This document shows, piece after piece, positions 37,404 to 50,712 of a stretch of DNA of 64,000 nt (the stretch's first letter is position 1; every line of letters begins with the position of its first letter). Origin of the DNA: Sphaerodactylus townsendi. Taxonomy: Eukaryota. A program made the position numbers and the translations under genes. The notes beneath the pieces are model-generated. The model had not been told where the DNA came from and did not search any database. It saw only the letters and a program-made list of their open reading frames with translations. The DNA lies in NCBI RefSeq assembly GCF_021028975.2, contig NC_059428.1:90396001-90460000 (forward strand), written 5' to 3'.

Positions 37404-37883
37404 CCATGGCTTTCTGTTCTTACCAGATCACTCCACTGTGAAAGGCCCCAAGCTGCCATTTTGCTCACCCTCTGCTGACGTGCTACTCCCTTTTGGATAC
37501 TTTTTTAAAAAATCCATATTAAATGTAGTATATCAACGGATTAGAGAGTCCATTGCTCCAGCGACATAATTACAGTCTGCAACTTCCTTTTTTCAGTCCT
37601 GGGATGGGATAATCTCTTCCCTGCCATCAACCATGCACAACAACAACTTCCCCATGGCTTTCTGTTCTTACCAGATCACTCCACTGTGAAAGGCCCCAAG
37701 CTGCCATTTTGCTCACCCTCTGCTGACGTGCTGCTCCCTTTTGGATACTTTTTAAAAAAATCGATATTAAATGTAGTATATCAACGGATTAGAGAGTCCA
37801 TTGCTCCAGCGACATAATTACAGTCTGCAACTTCCTGTTTCAGATAATCTCTTCCCTGCCATCAACCATGCACAACAACAACT
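37404..37883. repeat. Tandem duplication of ~240 bp of apparently unique sequence
   Basis: Unit 1 (37404-37648) and unit 2 (37652-37883) are near-identical apart from a short indel and a few substitutions. Confidence 0.95.
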
Positions 37884-40724
37884 CTGTGGCCAGAGATAAA
37901 GAGGGAGAGAGAACAAGGCTTGAAGCCATGGCAGCAGCAGAGATCTGCCAGTACTGTGGCCAAATCAGCCCTTTTGTCTCTCTCTCTTTCTCTGTCTCTC
38001 TCACTCAATTTGAGCAACCTTCTCTCTCATTTTGATCCATGTCCTGGCCAGGAGTGACCTCTGAGCCTGCACTGCAGCAGTCTGCCTGCAAAGGGGGAGG
38101 AGGAGGTGTCTCAAAGGAAGATGCATGCTCACTGCTATGCTTTCTCTACACAAGTACAATTTGCCTACTTTTGCAAAATGTGCTGCTTATGGGATTTGTG
38201 GTGCAGTGAGTTGGGGGGGGGGGATAAAAGATGACTGTAGGTAAAACTTTGCCCCCACAGGAATATGTGCTCGCTGCAGGGCAGATCACAGGTGCAGGAT
38301 TGGCTTTAGTTTAAAGAAAAAACAGGGACAGCTCAAGACCACAATTTACAGGAAGATCAAAATCAACTATTAAATCAGAATAAGTTAAAGAGACAATTGT
38401 CAGAGGAACAGCTCTCCATGTTAACTATGGCAAAGAATTATTTTTGGCAAGTTATTAAAATTCAGTAGATGTGATGTCAGGTGAATTTATTTATGAAAGG
38501 AATTTCATAGTTGTGGAACCATAACAAAGGAGCCACTTTCTTTAGTGTTTACCCCCCCCCCTTCTTGTGTCTGATAGCAGAATTTCTAAAGTAGCACTGT
38601 CATGAGAAGTTTTTTAAAATTACTTTTTCATTATAGTCACTGATTCATTTATGTTCTTCTTTACCATTTCTCTAATTTCTCTGTGCCATCTCATGGTATT
38701 TTTCTATCTTACTTCTTTGTGCCCTTTTGTAACTTCAACCCCTGCAGGACTTATGTTATACACCACAGGGTGGTGCTGTAGTAAAGATATAGGAAATTTG
38801 GGGAGGCTTTGACTGCCTCTGAGCATCTGCAGAGTAAAATTCTTAAATTTTGCAGACGCTCCCTTCCTGGATCCCTGCCTTTGAATTTTTCTTTTCATCA
38901 AAATGGAATTGATTTGAAAGACTCCAAATTCCTAAAAAAAGAATAAAAAATGGTTTGTTATATTTCATGGAGAAATAAAGTAAATAGGAATTAAGGACAT
39001 CTCTGTGACATCTAATCTGAAGCAGAATAAACGATGAAAAGCCATTATGCATCACATTGAATTGTGGTTTCGTTTTGAGCCAGTCTCTATTTTGAATGGA
39101 GCAAAGATTCCAGTGGGGCATAGAATGGGCCATTTTTTTCCTTGCTGTACGTCTCAACCAGTTGGGAACAGTTTTTAAGATACCTCTGCCTGGTGCATGT
39201 TGGTGCTCTAAACTGGCCCACCTACCTTTTCCATAGGATAACATAGGATTGGCTGGTCACCCTTGTGGGACTAAGAAAGAATTGGGAGGAGGGGTCAAAT
39301 TAGCACAGAAAGGGGAATTTTTTTCACTTGCTCTGCATCATTTCAGGGGCTTCTGGATAACCATAATTAGGTATGTGATGTTAGGCCATAGTAGGAATGC
39401 TTCTGTCCCAGCTGTGACTGATTTTACATTCAGTGTCTTGACATGGGCATAGGCATTTGGAGGAGTTACAATTTGTACATGTAAGGATGCATAGGACTGC
39501 TCCCTGCAGAATTAGAGGTACTTATTGAAATTAATTTCATTTAATCACTTACCTAGGTGATTCACACAGTTACTTTATGTTTCTGATGTACCTTAAGCTT
39601 TCACACATCAGAAGGCATAATAATACTAATTCTAGTGACTCCACTACAATTGTACTTAATTCTTGTGTGGGAAACATGTTTATATATACATTCTTAAATG
39701 TAGCATTCCTTCTGGGGCTATTTTACCCTTCCTGCTTTAATAATTTATCTTGCTTTATGACACAGAATGTTGATCTGTAAATCAAACTTTCCAAGTACCC
39801 AATTTCACTCCAAGGCTATGTAAATTCCTCAGCCAGCAAGCACTAATGCTACTGGTTTAGGTGCATTTTCTATGTATATTAAGAAATATGGAATCACATT
39901 CAGATCTATACAGAATACATAAGTACTTCACATTTTTTTCTGCAATTGTGTCATGCCCATGTATGCTCAGTTGTAGCCTATTATAGAATAACCACACTAC
40001 CATTCCTCCCAATTTTACATTATGTTTCTGTTCTAACTGGTGATTGACTTCAAATTCCATGCCTTATGTCTACAAAATGAAATGGGCTGATAGTGGATAA
40101 ATGCTTTGTTTTCAGTGCACATATTATAACAATGTATGCTCAGCATCTTTTTTAAAAAAATCCAAAATATTTAGCAGAGCACTTTATTTTGTTTTAAAAA
40201 ATCCCATTTCCATTAGCTGTAATGAAAAAGGAAGTAAACATCAAGGGAATGCCCACATCTGTTTCGAATGGATGTATGCATCAAAGATATATCCATATTC
40301 AGATTCTTGTACATATCTATATTCATGGCACCCACCATTGCAGTCTATGCAGCAGCAGCTTTCATGCTTTCAGCATGCAAAGGAGGCTCTGATTTTTTTG
40401 ATGTATGAGCTTGCCAGCATCCTGTATTTTGTATTTAAACCCTGCACAAAACTTGGATGTGCTTTTTTGCTAATATCTGAAGCTAGGATTTGTCAGATAC
40501 CAAGTAGGATTAAGAAAACACAGGTACAAATATAATGTTTATCTGCTTGCCTAAAAATTCAGCTGAATGGAATTACTCTAAATGGGCTTACGTTTGACAG
40601 GTTCAAAGTTCTTTCTAATCACATCAATACATTGTTTTGCCCAAAGGAAATTACTTATTTTTTGTTTAAATACAAATTTAGGGCAGAATGCAAGCAAAAT
40701 GGCACATTAAAATTCCACAGGCAT

Positions 40725-40725
40725 T

Positions 40726-40772
<47 letters not shown>

Positions 40773-40805
40773 GACTGCCCACCCCTGAAGGGCTCCTGGG
40801 GGGGG
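40725..40805 (-). repeat. (TTTA)n microsatellite with L2-like tail remnant
   Basis: (ttta)n followed by agactgcccacccctgaagggctc. Confidence 0.75.
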
Positions 40806-41146
40806 GGCAACTATTTTTAACCTTAAAGCTGTAGCTCTATGAAGCTTAAATGGACTTGGATTGCATAATTAGACCCTCTGTATGGCAGAGGGCAAATAAA
40901 CTGCAAGGTACTATTAGATGGAATCAAAAGGGTACAATTCTGCTAATGGTGAACCTTCCTCCAATTCAGTTATGTGTGTGTATATGTATGTGCCTTCCTC
41001 CAATTCATCTTTTCCATGAAAGTAGCTGGTGAAATGCCCATTGCATTGGAGGAAGTTTCTACCAAGAGTCTTTAGATACTACCATTTTAAATTTACTCCT
41101 GTAGTTGATAACTGAGAAGGACTGGTTATGTTCCACCTCTCCCTAA

Positions 41147-41636
41147 AGCCATTTCCTCATGGCCAGCTGAGCAGGGGTGTTATTGGGAATGCTTAGCCAT
41201 TTCCAATAACCCCCCAGGACCATCTCCTCGCATGGACGCTTTTGCTTAGCACAGGCTGTGCCACTCCCAAATGGCTCTTAACTCCTGTCACCTTCCGTCG
41301 CATTGTGGAGGCCAGGGTACATGCCCCCATGGCCAGAGCGACGGCTCTGGGGTTGGAGGCCAGGAGGTGTGTCCCCTGGCCTCCACAATGCGACAAAAGG
41401 TAACAGGAGGTAAAAGCCATTTGGAAAGACTGTGGGGAAAACGTCAGCTTCCACACAGTGCCGTTTGCTTGGCACCAAGTGGAAGCCAGCATTTTCAAAA
41501 AGCCTCGCCCCTCAAGTGGGGTTTAAAAGTGGAGTATTCACGCCGCTTGGGGGGGTGAGCCTGCTGTGCGAACAGCACCCCAGGGACGGTGTTTTTACCA
41601 TCCTACGGCACTGTTTTCCACCCGTGCGGAAACAGC
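41147..41636. mobile_element. PIF/Harbinger-type palindromic MITE (right end at gap edge)
   Basis: Preceded by TAA. TIR-like agccatttcctcatgg / cccgtgcggaaacagc. Internal hairpin gtcgcattgtggaggccaggg / ccctggcctccacaatgcgac. Confidence 0.65.
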
Positions 41637-41781
41637 NNNNNNNNNNNNNNNNNNNNNNNNNNNNNNNNNNNNNNNNNNNNNNNNNNNNNNNNNNNNNNNN
41701 NNNNNNNNNNNNNNNNNNNNNNNNNNNNNNNNNNNNNNNNNNNNNNNNNNNNNNNNNNNNNNNNNNNNNNNNNNNNNNNNN
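41637..41781. other. Assembly gap (N run)
   Basis: Run of n. Confidence 1.
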
Positions 41782-41840
41782 TATCTATCTATTGAGCTAC
41801 CTATACATACACACAAACACTCCCTCACAAACACCATATT

Positions 41841-42301
41841 TAAACCACATTCTGAATGGAATATATACTAATTTATTTTTCAGTGTTTGTCTTGAAGTCA
41901 CTTCAAAAAATGAACTATTTGCAAAACTCAATGTTGTTCAATTGCACATGAAGGGAGGACTAGGAATGATATCTATTATCAAACATGTTTTTCCTTCCTT
42001 CCTCCAAGGACTTCAGAGTAATGTACATAATTCATTTTTTTGCCAAATTAATATTTAGAATAATCCTGTGAGATATGTTAGGATGAAAAATGTGATCAGC
42101 TGAGGGTTACCTGATAAAGTTACCTTATAAGGTTCATGTCAAAGTAAATCAAGTGAAAATTTAGACAGAAATCACAGTCTGATACTTTAGCTACATGGTG
42201 CAATTGAACAACATTGTGTCTTGCAAATAGTTCATTTTTGAAGTGGCTTCAAGACAAACACTGAAAAATAAATTAGTGTATCCCATCCAGAATGTGGTTT
42301 A
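41841..42301. repeat. Long inverted repeat, ~110-bp arms around a ~240-bp spacer
   Basis: taaaccacattctg...gttcaattgcacatg (41841-41950) versus catggtgcaattgaac...cagaatgtggttta (42194-42301). Confidence 0.9.
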
Positions 42302-44399
42302 CATCATCGAATCATAGAATGCTTGCAGTTTACACTCTATTTGCAACTGAGCAGTCAGATATAGAATTAAATTATATATTATAATTATATATAAATTATA
42401 ATTAAAATGACCACTAATATATACATTTTTTGTGCATATGCTATCAGCTATATGTGTTCATGATGTGATTACAAGACTATGTTGCAACCTCGATTAAGTT
42501 CAAGGGGAGACACCAGCAGCTCCCAGACACACCTGTGTGGTAGATCTGTGTAGTAGATCTCATTTCTTAATAAAATCTTCAACAAATGGTATTTTAATGT
42601 GCCTTTTTAAAAGTAAATAGGGGCACATAGGGAGCAGGGAGTGGGAGAAAACAAATTAACTTGGTAGCTTTTGAACATTTCAGCAAATGATTAGACCATT
42701 GACCAGGACATAAAGCTGAACTGGCTAGTGATTTAACTTGTATTTGCTATAACAAAGGAGCAAGACTCCTTTTGTCTGAATAAGTCCATTCAGAACATGT
42801 GTTGATATTTCTTAGCAAGTAAGTTAGTGTTAAATTAATGTATTTTCCAGCAGTCTTATATATGTCAACTTCTTTCATCCTTACCTAATTATTTAAGGAG
42901 CCTAATGACAACCAGGATTGTCTAAGGGTAAAATGCCAGCCCCATAATACTGAAACAAATGTAAGAACTAAATCTATTTTAAAGGTATTAGAATATTTCA
43001 AATACACATGTGTTTGTATTTAATTAAAGAAGTATATTCATTTTTTTTCCTGAGATTGAAAATCTCCTGTCATACCTGTCTTAATTTCCATTAGATGCTT
43101 CTTTTCCTGTGCAATCTAAAGGGGTATGCTGAAGTCACATTGGAAGTGGCACCAGAACCTGCACCATTGCCACCAGTGCCATGCAAACAGGCACAAATGC
43201 TGATGCAGAGACACCTACCTTGCTGGTGGGACATCATGCAATGCTCAAATTTAGAAGTTCACTCATGGACCAGAGCTCTTCTACTGCACCAACATGGAGA
43301 GGGGGTGTTCTGGGGCTGTTCCTCAATATCACACCAACTTTAGTCAGCTCCCAGAGGAGTTTCAGCCTGGGAATGCCTTTTCTTGTGGTACAGACTTACA
43401 CCACCAAAAAGTGTGGCATAAGTCATTTCAGATTATGGGCTTTTTTGGGGAGGGAATAGGATTTTTTCCTCTCTTGGTGCCAACACCACTTATTGCATCT
43501 GTGGAGCTGGTGCTGTGGCACTGCCCCCAGCCACTGCTCTACCCCCCTCCTAGACTGAGCTGTCAATAAATTCTTTGCAAAATAAAGGAATTAAAAAACT
43601 TCAGTAAAAAGGCTATAATTATAGTTCTGTATGGTGCTATAAAGATGCAGTGTGGACTTGTGATTGAATTTCTACTATAAACACAAATTCTCTGGCATTT
43701 TCAGACTGAGTCAGATGCTAAATTCAATTAAAGTAAAACTGTTACTTTGTAATATAATCTGTTCTCTAATCTATTTTCTAATCAAATCAAATACAGCTCA
43801 TATAGTATAGCCATTGGCAAAATACACTGCCAGGAACCTTTATGTTCAGTGTCTGTTGTTTATAAGGCACCAGATTATGATATAATTACAAAAAAGTAGA
43901 TGATCATCTAAGTCATTAGTGTAAACATGTTGTTTGTTTGCAGTAAGATCAAATAATAGTACCAGAATCTGATCAGAATTTTTTCTATTGTACTATTTGT
44001 GCACAAACCCTGAGGTTGTGTATACATGGTCACTAATGCTGTCTCCCTTATGGTACCAGTGTAGCTAGCTTGAGGAGTCTTTTGAGTTATCCTGTTTATG
44101 ATGTGTGTAATGCTTCCAGTAAGAGAAGGGTGTTCTGTGCTCATATTAATGTTTCCAGATTAATTTCTGGAAAGGTAGGGACCAGCTGCTAAAGACCAAG
44201 GCTGAACTTTGTTTTCCCTCAAAGCATTTGCAATAGCATGGATTATGAGCAGAACTGCAAGAGCACAAGGGTTTTTAGACTAGATCTTTTGTATTTTAGG
44301 CATGAATCTTCCTCAGGAATTTTGAACACACTTACTCAACTCCCATTCAACTTCTCATGATAGTAGTAGGGGTACTATTCCCCTACAAACCTGTCTGTC

Positions 44400-44750
44400 A
44401 GCTGAAGCTTCGCCGCCTGCACTGGCTCCCAGTGGAGTTCTGGATAGTCTTCAAGGTGCTAGTATTGACCTTTAAGGCCCTTCATGACTTGGGGCCCTCA
44501 TACCTGTGGGACCATGTCACCCCATATGTCCCAAACAGGCCGTTGCATTCTGCAACGGCGGAGCTACTGGAGGTCCCCGACCCTTCCATGATGCGGCTGG
44601 CCTTTACCCAGGACAGGGCCTTTATGGCCCTGGCCCCTGCCTGGTGTAACACTCTTCTTCCAACTGTCTGGGCCCTGCGGGACCTTGGTGAGTTCTGCAG
44701 GGCCTGTAAGACCAAGCTGTTCCACCGGGCTTTGATGAGGCTAGCAACGG
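44400..44750 (+). mobile_element. L2 LINE ORF2 C-terminal fragment
   Basis: LRRLHWLPVEFWIVFKVLVLTFKALHDLGPSYL...RAFMALAPAWCNTL...FCRACKTKLF, the canonical L2 C-terminus. Confidence 0.9.
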
Positions 44751-45703
44751 ATTGGCTGATTGTGGAAAAACTGCTACTTTCAAGCACATGAGAGTCTAGT
44801 TCCTGGGTCTCATATATAATGAATTAAACTTGTGTAGCTGAAAGCAGAGTTTTGATCCACTTTATCCATCTGCAAAAGAGTATGCATTTTAATTACTGTC
44901 ATTCCATAGAGAATTGGCAATGAATTTTCTTTAACTTACTAAGGCAGTGAAATATCCTCTTAGGAACACTTCGATACCAGAAGGGCATACTTGGCATGTT
45001 TGTGAAATTCCTTGAGGCCTCTTTTTTTAATTAGGTTCTGAAACTGTTCAGTCAAGGTCACAATTGTTGCATCCACCTCACTTTATTAGGAGTTCTCGTC
45101 TTTTTTGTGATGCTAGTTTCAAATGCATACCATGATGCACTAAAAGTGGCTGTGATAAGTGCACACTAACAGATACTTTAAATTAAAGATTTACGCTATC
45201 TGGTCATGCAGCATCAAGAGCAGCCTATTGTTCTATGACTATCTGTTCTTTTCTCGCTGTTAAACTGAAAATCTGTTGTGCATAATACACTGTGAAAAAT
45301 GAAGGAGTGTATATGCAAATGGATTTCACATGGATAGGTTTCAAATTTGAGCCAGTTTCTTTCAATAGTTGTGCAACTGGATTAACAATAATATGCTATT
45401 TACTATAACATGCAAGAAATACTCAATGTTGTTATTAATAAAGTACACTTGCATCCTGTAAGCATGGACGTATAATCCTGGTGGTCACTTCAAATCCACA
45501 CAGTACTGATTCAAGAATGTGGGGATAGGGAGATAAGACTTCCACAGCCAAAAATTGGGCTTTGTCTGTGACTTGGTATTGTCCATTTTAGCCTTAGCTG
45601 TCATACCTTGCTACCTTTTATTAAAGCCACAATGATCCAAAGTTGTGTCAGTCAGACCATACTGGTCAACTGATGTCCTAAACTATAATTAAAGGTCTTA
45701 ATT

Positions 45704-46086
45704 CAGGAGTTGGCAACCTTTAGCACCCAAAGAGCCATTTGGTCCCACCTCCGCAAGCCCTGCCCCTGCCCCTGCCCCCGCCCTCCCCAAGGCCTGCCTT
45801 CAGCCAAGCAGGCAGGATAGACAGTGGCAGCAACGCCAACCACGGCAAGTTGCACTTGGGACGCAGCAAGCATACTTCCTTCTTTCCTTCTTCTCTCTCT
45901 TGCGTCCTTTCCTCTCCTTCCCAGGTGCCAGGCGAGGGTAGGAGGGGAAATGACACCAGAGAGAGTGAGGGAGGGAGGAGGTGTGCTCGCCACATCCCAA
46001 GTGCAACTTGCCATTGTTGGTGCCACCGCTGCAGAGCCACAGTACGAGGACGAAAGAGCTGCATGCGGCTCCGGAGCTGACTCCTG
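45704..46086. mobile_element. hAT-type non-autonomous element with internal inverted repeat
   Basis: Begins caggagttggcaacct..aaagagccatttgg and ends gagctgcatgcggctcc...ctcctg. Internal IR ggcaagttgcacttggga / tcccaagtgcaacttgcc. Confidence 0.65.
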
Positions 46087-46139
46087 ATTTCAATAATCAT
46101 TTTTGTTTTTATGTGGAATTTTTAAAAATTGAGAATCTG

Positions 46140-46580
46140 GTACAAATAACCTTTTGGCACAACTGACCATTGTCAATCCCTTCCTAATATTCCCCAGCAT
46201 TGAGTTCCACTGCACATTGAGTTAACACTTTCAATAAAAAGTCTACCATGACTGCAAACATTCTTTCATCTCCAGCTCAGACCACAGTGGCATATTGTAA
46301 TTAGTCTGATGCAAGGTTATATATGGGTGAGTTAGAAAGCAAAGTTAGAAAGTCCCAGTATAGATCCAAGCAGTGATAAAAGCCAATTTATTTCTACCTT
46401 CTGCTTCTGCTTCTTTAACCAACTGCAAAGGATCTGACCTCTAAGTCCCGGATTGCTGAATTTGATTAGGAACCTCTAGTGAGAGACTGTCAAATGATTT
46501 GTGGAAATCCAACAATATAATTTCTACTAGTTTTCCCTTTGACAAGAATTTTAGAAGCTTAGTGAGGTTGAACTTCCCTT
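46140..46580 (-). mobile_element. Old CR1 RT fragment
   Basis: KGKFNLTKLLKF...KGKLVEIILLDFHKSFD is a degraded CR1 KGKSCLTNLLEF...VD.VYLDF.KAFD. Confidence 0.65.
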
Positions 46581-46824
46581 TGATGACTTGTCTGGCATTT
46601 TCTTCATTTGAGTAGAATGGTGAGATATGTTGATTGCATTTTATTATACTCTTTAATACCAAAATATTGCATATATGGTGCAGCATAGTTCTTTTGATTA
46701 CAATAGGCTTTGCTTGCATCCGGTGCATGCATAGCTGCTTGCCTATACACTGCAGGCCTTCACTATTTGTGATCCACCAAAATGAACAATGAACAAAATC
46801 CATGAAGCCATTCTTGTTGCCTGG

Positions 46825-47827
46825 TATAACGTAAGGCACTATATATAGGAAGGATCCCCGGTAGTTGGTTCTAAGGAACCCTTCCTATTATTTCAGTTGT
46901 TTTGTTCTTCGCTGCCACCAATATAAATTAAAGCCCACAAAAACTGATTTTAAATGGTCACCACCTCCCTTTTGTTTGGGGAACACACAGACACAGACAG
47001 AAATAATAAACTGGAGCTGTTTATAAGATGAACACAAAACTTAAAACGTTTATTGCTGGCTTTAACAGAGGCTTCTCAGGTAAACTGGAGAGGATGTAAG
47101 CGTATTGGTTTCAGAGGAAGTTTCTTAAACTTAACGGTTTCAGAGTAAGTTTGTGTTAAAGCTTAATGGTTGCAGGTACTTCACTTTAAGTTTTAAATGT
47201 ACTTGAACACTCGCAGGTGGCACGTTACTTAAAATTTTACTTCAGGAAAAGATGTTTCTTAAAAGATGTTACTGTGGAGATTTCACACTCCCTCATAAAA
47301 TAAACTTCAGTCCGCTGTACCTCACCACAAAATAAAACACCCAGTCCACACCCAGTGGGATTCAGGCACAACAGCCTCCCTCTCCCACACTCCCAAAATC
47401 TGGCTTCTCTGCCACAGGAATTGGGCCTCCCAAGACTGGTGCTAAATGTGGAGGACAGACTTATAGACTAAGAGGTTTCCCTCAAAAACAAAACACCTGA
47501 GGGCGAACACTCGCCTCCAAACCCAGGGTTTTAGTTGACTCAATAGCTTCCTCAGCTATTATCTAACAACAGCCATGAGAGATCTTGCGGATTCTCCTCA
47601 CGCTGCTACCAAAAAGCACCCGAGGGCACACAAGCTCACACCGAGCCAAAAAGTCAAAAGACTCAAAAAAGAAGAACCAAGATTCAAGAACCCCTCAGCA
47701 CTCTCACTGGCAGTATTTATAGTATCTGCGTTTTTTTTCTCTGGCCAATCAGGGCTGGCCAGGGCTTAACTCTTTCAGGAGCGGTTCCACCCTGTAACCT
47801 GAATGCAGGATAAGTGCATTCGTCACA
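46825..47827 (-). mobile_element. Solo LTR (~1.0 kb) with 5-bp TSD
   Basis: TSD cctgg at 46820-46824 and 47828-47832. Termini t(a)taac...gtcaca (TG..CA type with one mutation). On the minus strand, ATTGG (47745-49), TATAAATA (47714-21) and AATAAA (47049-54) lie in U3-R-U5 order. Confidence 0.8.
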
Positions 47828-49279
47828 CCTGGCAAGGGATCAATAGCCTTCCCATTTCCATACCCAGAAGCAGAAAGCAAAATAGGACATATATTTAGCC
47901 CTTATAATCACAGTCTATGGCTGGTGGACTTCAGTTTCCTGGGTTACAAACTTTGGTATAAACATAATCCTGCAACCTAGAAAGAGATGCTATATGTTAG
48001 TTGTCTGGCCACAATTTCTTGCAACCCTTGATACGTATTTTTGGCAGACAAGATGTTTGCTGGAATCCATGTTAAGATAGCAAACCTAATGCTGTCACCT
48101 TTGGAAAACAAAGCAGCTGTGTACTTATTTAATTATTTCTGGCAGTAGATAAATATAAGGAACAAACTATTAACAACAGTTCACCAACATATGGTCCTAC
48201 CTAGAGACAGTTGCTTCTAGGAAAACAACTAAGTCATTGTCTGTGTATAATTAAAAGACTTGATGGCAAGTTTATTGATATGGCAGGAAGAAGCATCCTT
48301 TTTGTGGTGATGGATTACTTAACTTTACATTGCAACTCCCTTTGGCAAAAGCAGGCAAGATTTATGTAGACGTGTGACTATCTTGTGCAACTCCTCCTGC
48401 GTGACAAGGTAAAGGATGACTTCTTCCATATCTGGCTCAGTTTTTGTGTTTGATGGATTGGACCTTTCCAATAGGAGCTATATCTAGTTCTATCCTTCTC
48501 AAGGAAAAGAAGTCAGAACTTTTTGCCCTTGATGAGGCCAGTTTTCATTTGGTGAAAGGTTTGCCTTTCAGAAAGTGCCACAAAGACAAGAGAGCCGTGA
48601 TACGAGCCCATTCAAAGGATACTGTTAAGTCATTTTTTCCTGATGAGTAAAAGAGATGATCGGATAGGAAGTGCTTACTGTTGAATAAATAGCTCTTTCA
48701 GTGAAGATTCCATTGACCAGATGTGTCTAATCTTGGGCAAAAAAAAAGATAATGTAAACATTTCAAAAACATGTATTAAAAATCTCATAGTCTATTTGTA
48801 TATACTCATCTCTGTGTTTACTTGGTGTTCTTTCTCCCCATTCATTCCATGCTCTGAATTATAACAGAAAAAATGTTTTTTTTTAAAAAAATTACATAGT
48901 TTCATTTTATTTGTTGCTGGGGTAAATATGTACAGTGAAAATAGTAAATCACAACATGACACAGAAGAGCTGCAGAAACTGTTATATCAGTTGTGTTGCT
49001 TATTCTTTTAAAATACTCTGCACATAGTATAATATCTTGTATATAGAATATCTATCGGTCAATTTTGGTTGCCCCGATTAAGCTGAGTGACAATGATGCT
49101 TCTGCAAGAATGTTATCAGCTTCCCAATGAATGCTGTATCTACTGAACTTAGCTTGTTCAAACATGTTCCTTCCCAACAAATCTTGTTACAAAATTGCTT
49201 TGTTGGTGATACTCAATGTCCAACTGAAAACCCATGCCAAACAGCTTTGTAGCTGTACAGTGCAACAGAATCATACCTC

Positions 49280-50712
49280 ACCAGATAGTAAGGGGGCATG
49301 AGGGGGCAAGAGCCCCAGGTGCCACTTACTGGGAGGGCACATATCTGCACCCCCTCATACCCCCCTAATTCCCCTGTTCTGGACAGGACAACCTTTAAAG
49401 GCCAGCTATTTCTGCACTCAATGTGGACTTTGAGTGCAGGGGCAGACATTCCACCCAAATCTCCACATGGAGTTTGTAGGGGCCGTTTGCTACTGAGCCC
49501 AGCTGGCTGGGATCAGCTTTAAACTGCTTTAAACTGCCTTGCTGAGGCCAGCTTTAAACTGCCTTGCTGAGGCCAGCAGCAAACTGAGCACATATCCTGT
49601 TCTCCACTATTTTTATACTGTTGGCTCCATGGCTTCACTCCCAAGCTCCACATCCAGTCAGGTGTAGATGGGGGATTGGAACCTACAGTATAAATGTAGA
49701 GGAAGACAGCTGTGTGCTCAGTCTGAGATTGGCCTCAGTCAGGCTGGGATTCAACTTTCAGTTGCAGGCTTGCAGCTGGATTCAAACCTAAGTAATGCCA
49801 GGCTCAACAGGCCCTTGCTGGTCCAATCTCCACATAGAGATCCAGCATGGTTGGCCTTATAGCTGACCTCCATGTGAAGATGGGGATAGGGCAGCCTGGC
49901 TAGCTGGGTTCCCAACCTCCAGGTGGAAGTTGGGGGCAGGGTCACCTGGGCTTGCCCCACTCTCATCTCTAAGGTCCTTTCTGCACATGGGCGGAAACGC
50001 ACCTCCATGGCATGAATTATGCCGGTGGAGGCTCCGAGGCTGTTCGCACCGCAGCATGCGAGCAGCCCCTGACTCTCCCCCCCAGCCGGAGAGGCGGCTC
50101 CGCACAGAGCCACCTCTCCTCCGGTCCCCTCCACTGATCTCGTCTTCCAGTGTCACTCTGGAGAGCTGTAGGGACCCACCCACGCTGCCCTCTGACCTCC
50201 AGGGGTCAGAGGGCAGTGTGGGTGGGTCTCTGTAGCCCTCCAGAGCAACGCTGGACAGGCAGGTCAGTGGAGGTGACGGGGGAAAGCAGCAGTGTCCCGG
50301 CGGTGCAGTTCGCACCGCACTGGCGGGAAGCCGCCGCTTTGCAAAAACCTCACTAGTTTTGCGAGTTTAAAGTGGTGGCTCCATATCACCTCTGGGGCGG
50401 CTAGGACTCCTGTGTGAACGCTTCCCCAGGGATAGCATTTTTGCCATCCCTGGGGTGCTCTGTTCCGCTTGTGCGGAAAGAGCCTAAGTGAAGATCGGGC
50501 ATGGGTCATACCTGACCTCCATGTGGAGATGGGGTGAGGTGGCTCCAGCTGACTTCTATCACAACTTCCATGTGGAGTTTGGAGGCAGGGTGACCCCTGT
50601 GACCCCTGTTCACTGCACTCAACTGCACTCCCCAGTGAGCATGGTGCAGCTGTGGGGGGACATGGCACCAAAGGATTTCCCTGGGCATCATTTTAACAAG
50701 CTATGCCTGTGT
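49280..50712. mobile_element. Larger degenerate GC-rich hAT-like element hosting the MITE at 49973
   Basis: Repeated ctccacatgga / tccatgtggag modules on both sides. The right end ...ccctgggcatcatttt..agctatgcctgtg resembles the hAT ends seen elsewhere in the window. Boundaries approximate. Confidence 0.45.
49973..50484 (+). mobile_element. PIF/Harbinger-type MITE with TAA TSD and central palindrome
   Basis: TSD taa at 49970-72 and 50485-87. TIR ggtcctttctgcaca / tgtgcggaaagagcc. Central palindrome ~50135-50270. Confidence 0.85.

Noticed and set aside
41432-42058. ORFs spanning the N-gap (also 63202-63441)
   Set aside because: Artefacts of translating N runs.
48678-48733. Candidate minus-strand exon (acceptor ...cccaag, donor gtaagc; IRHIWSMESSLKELFIQ)
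   Set aside because: Isolated, with an unrecognised peptide and no neighbouring compatible exons. Such motifs occur by chance.
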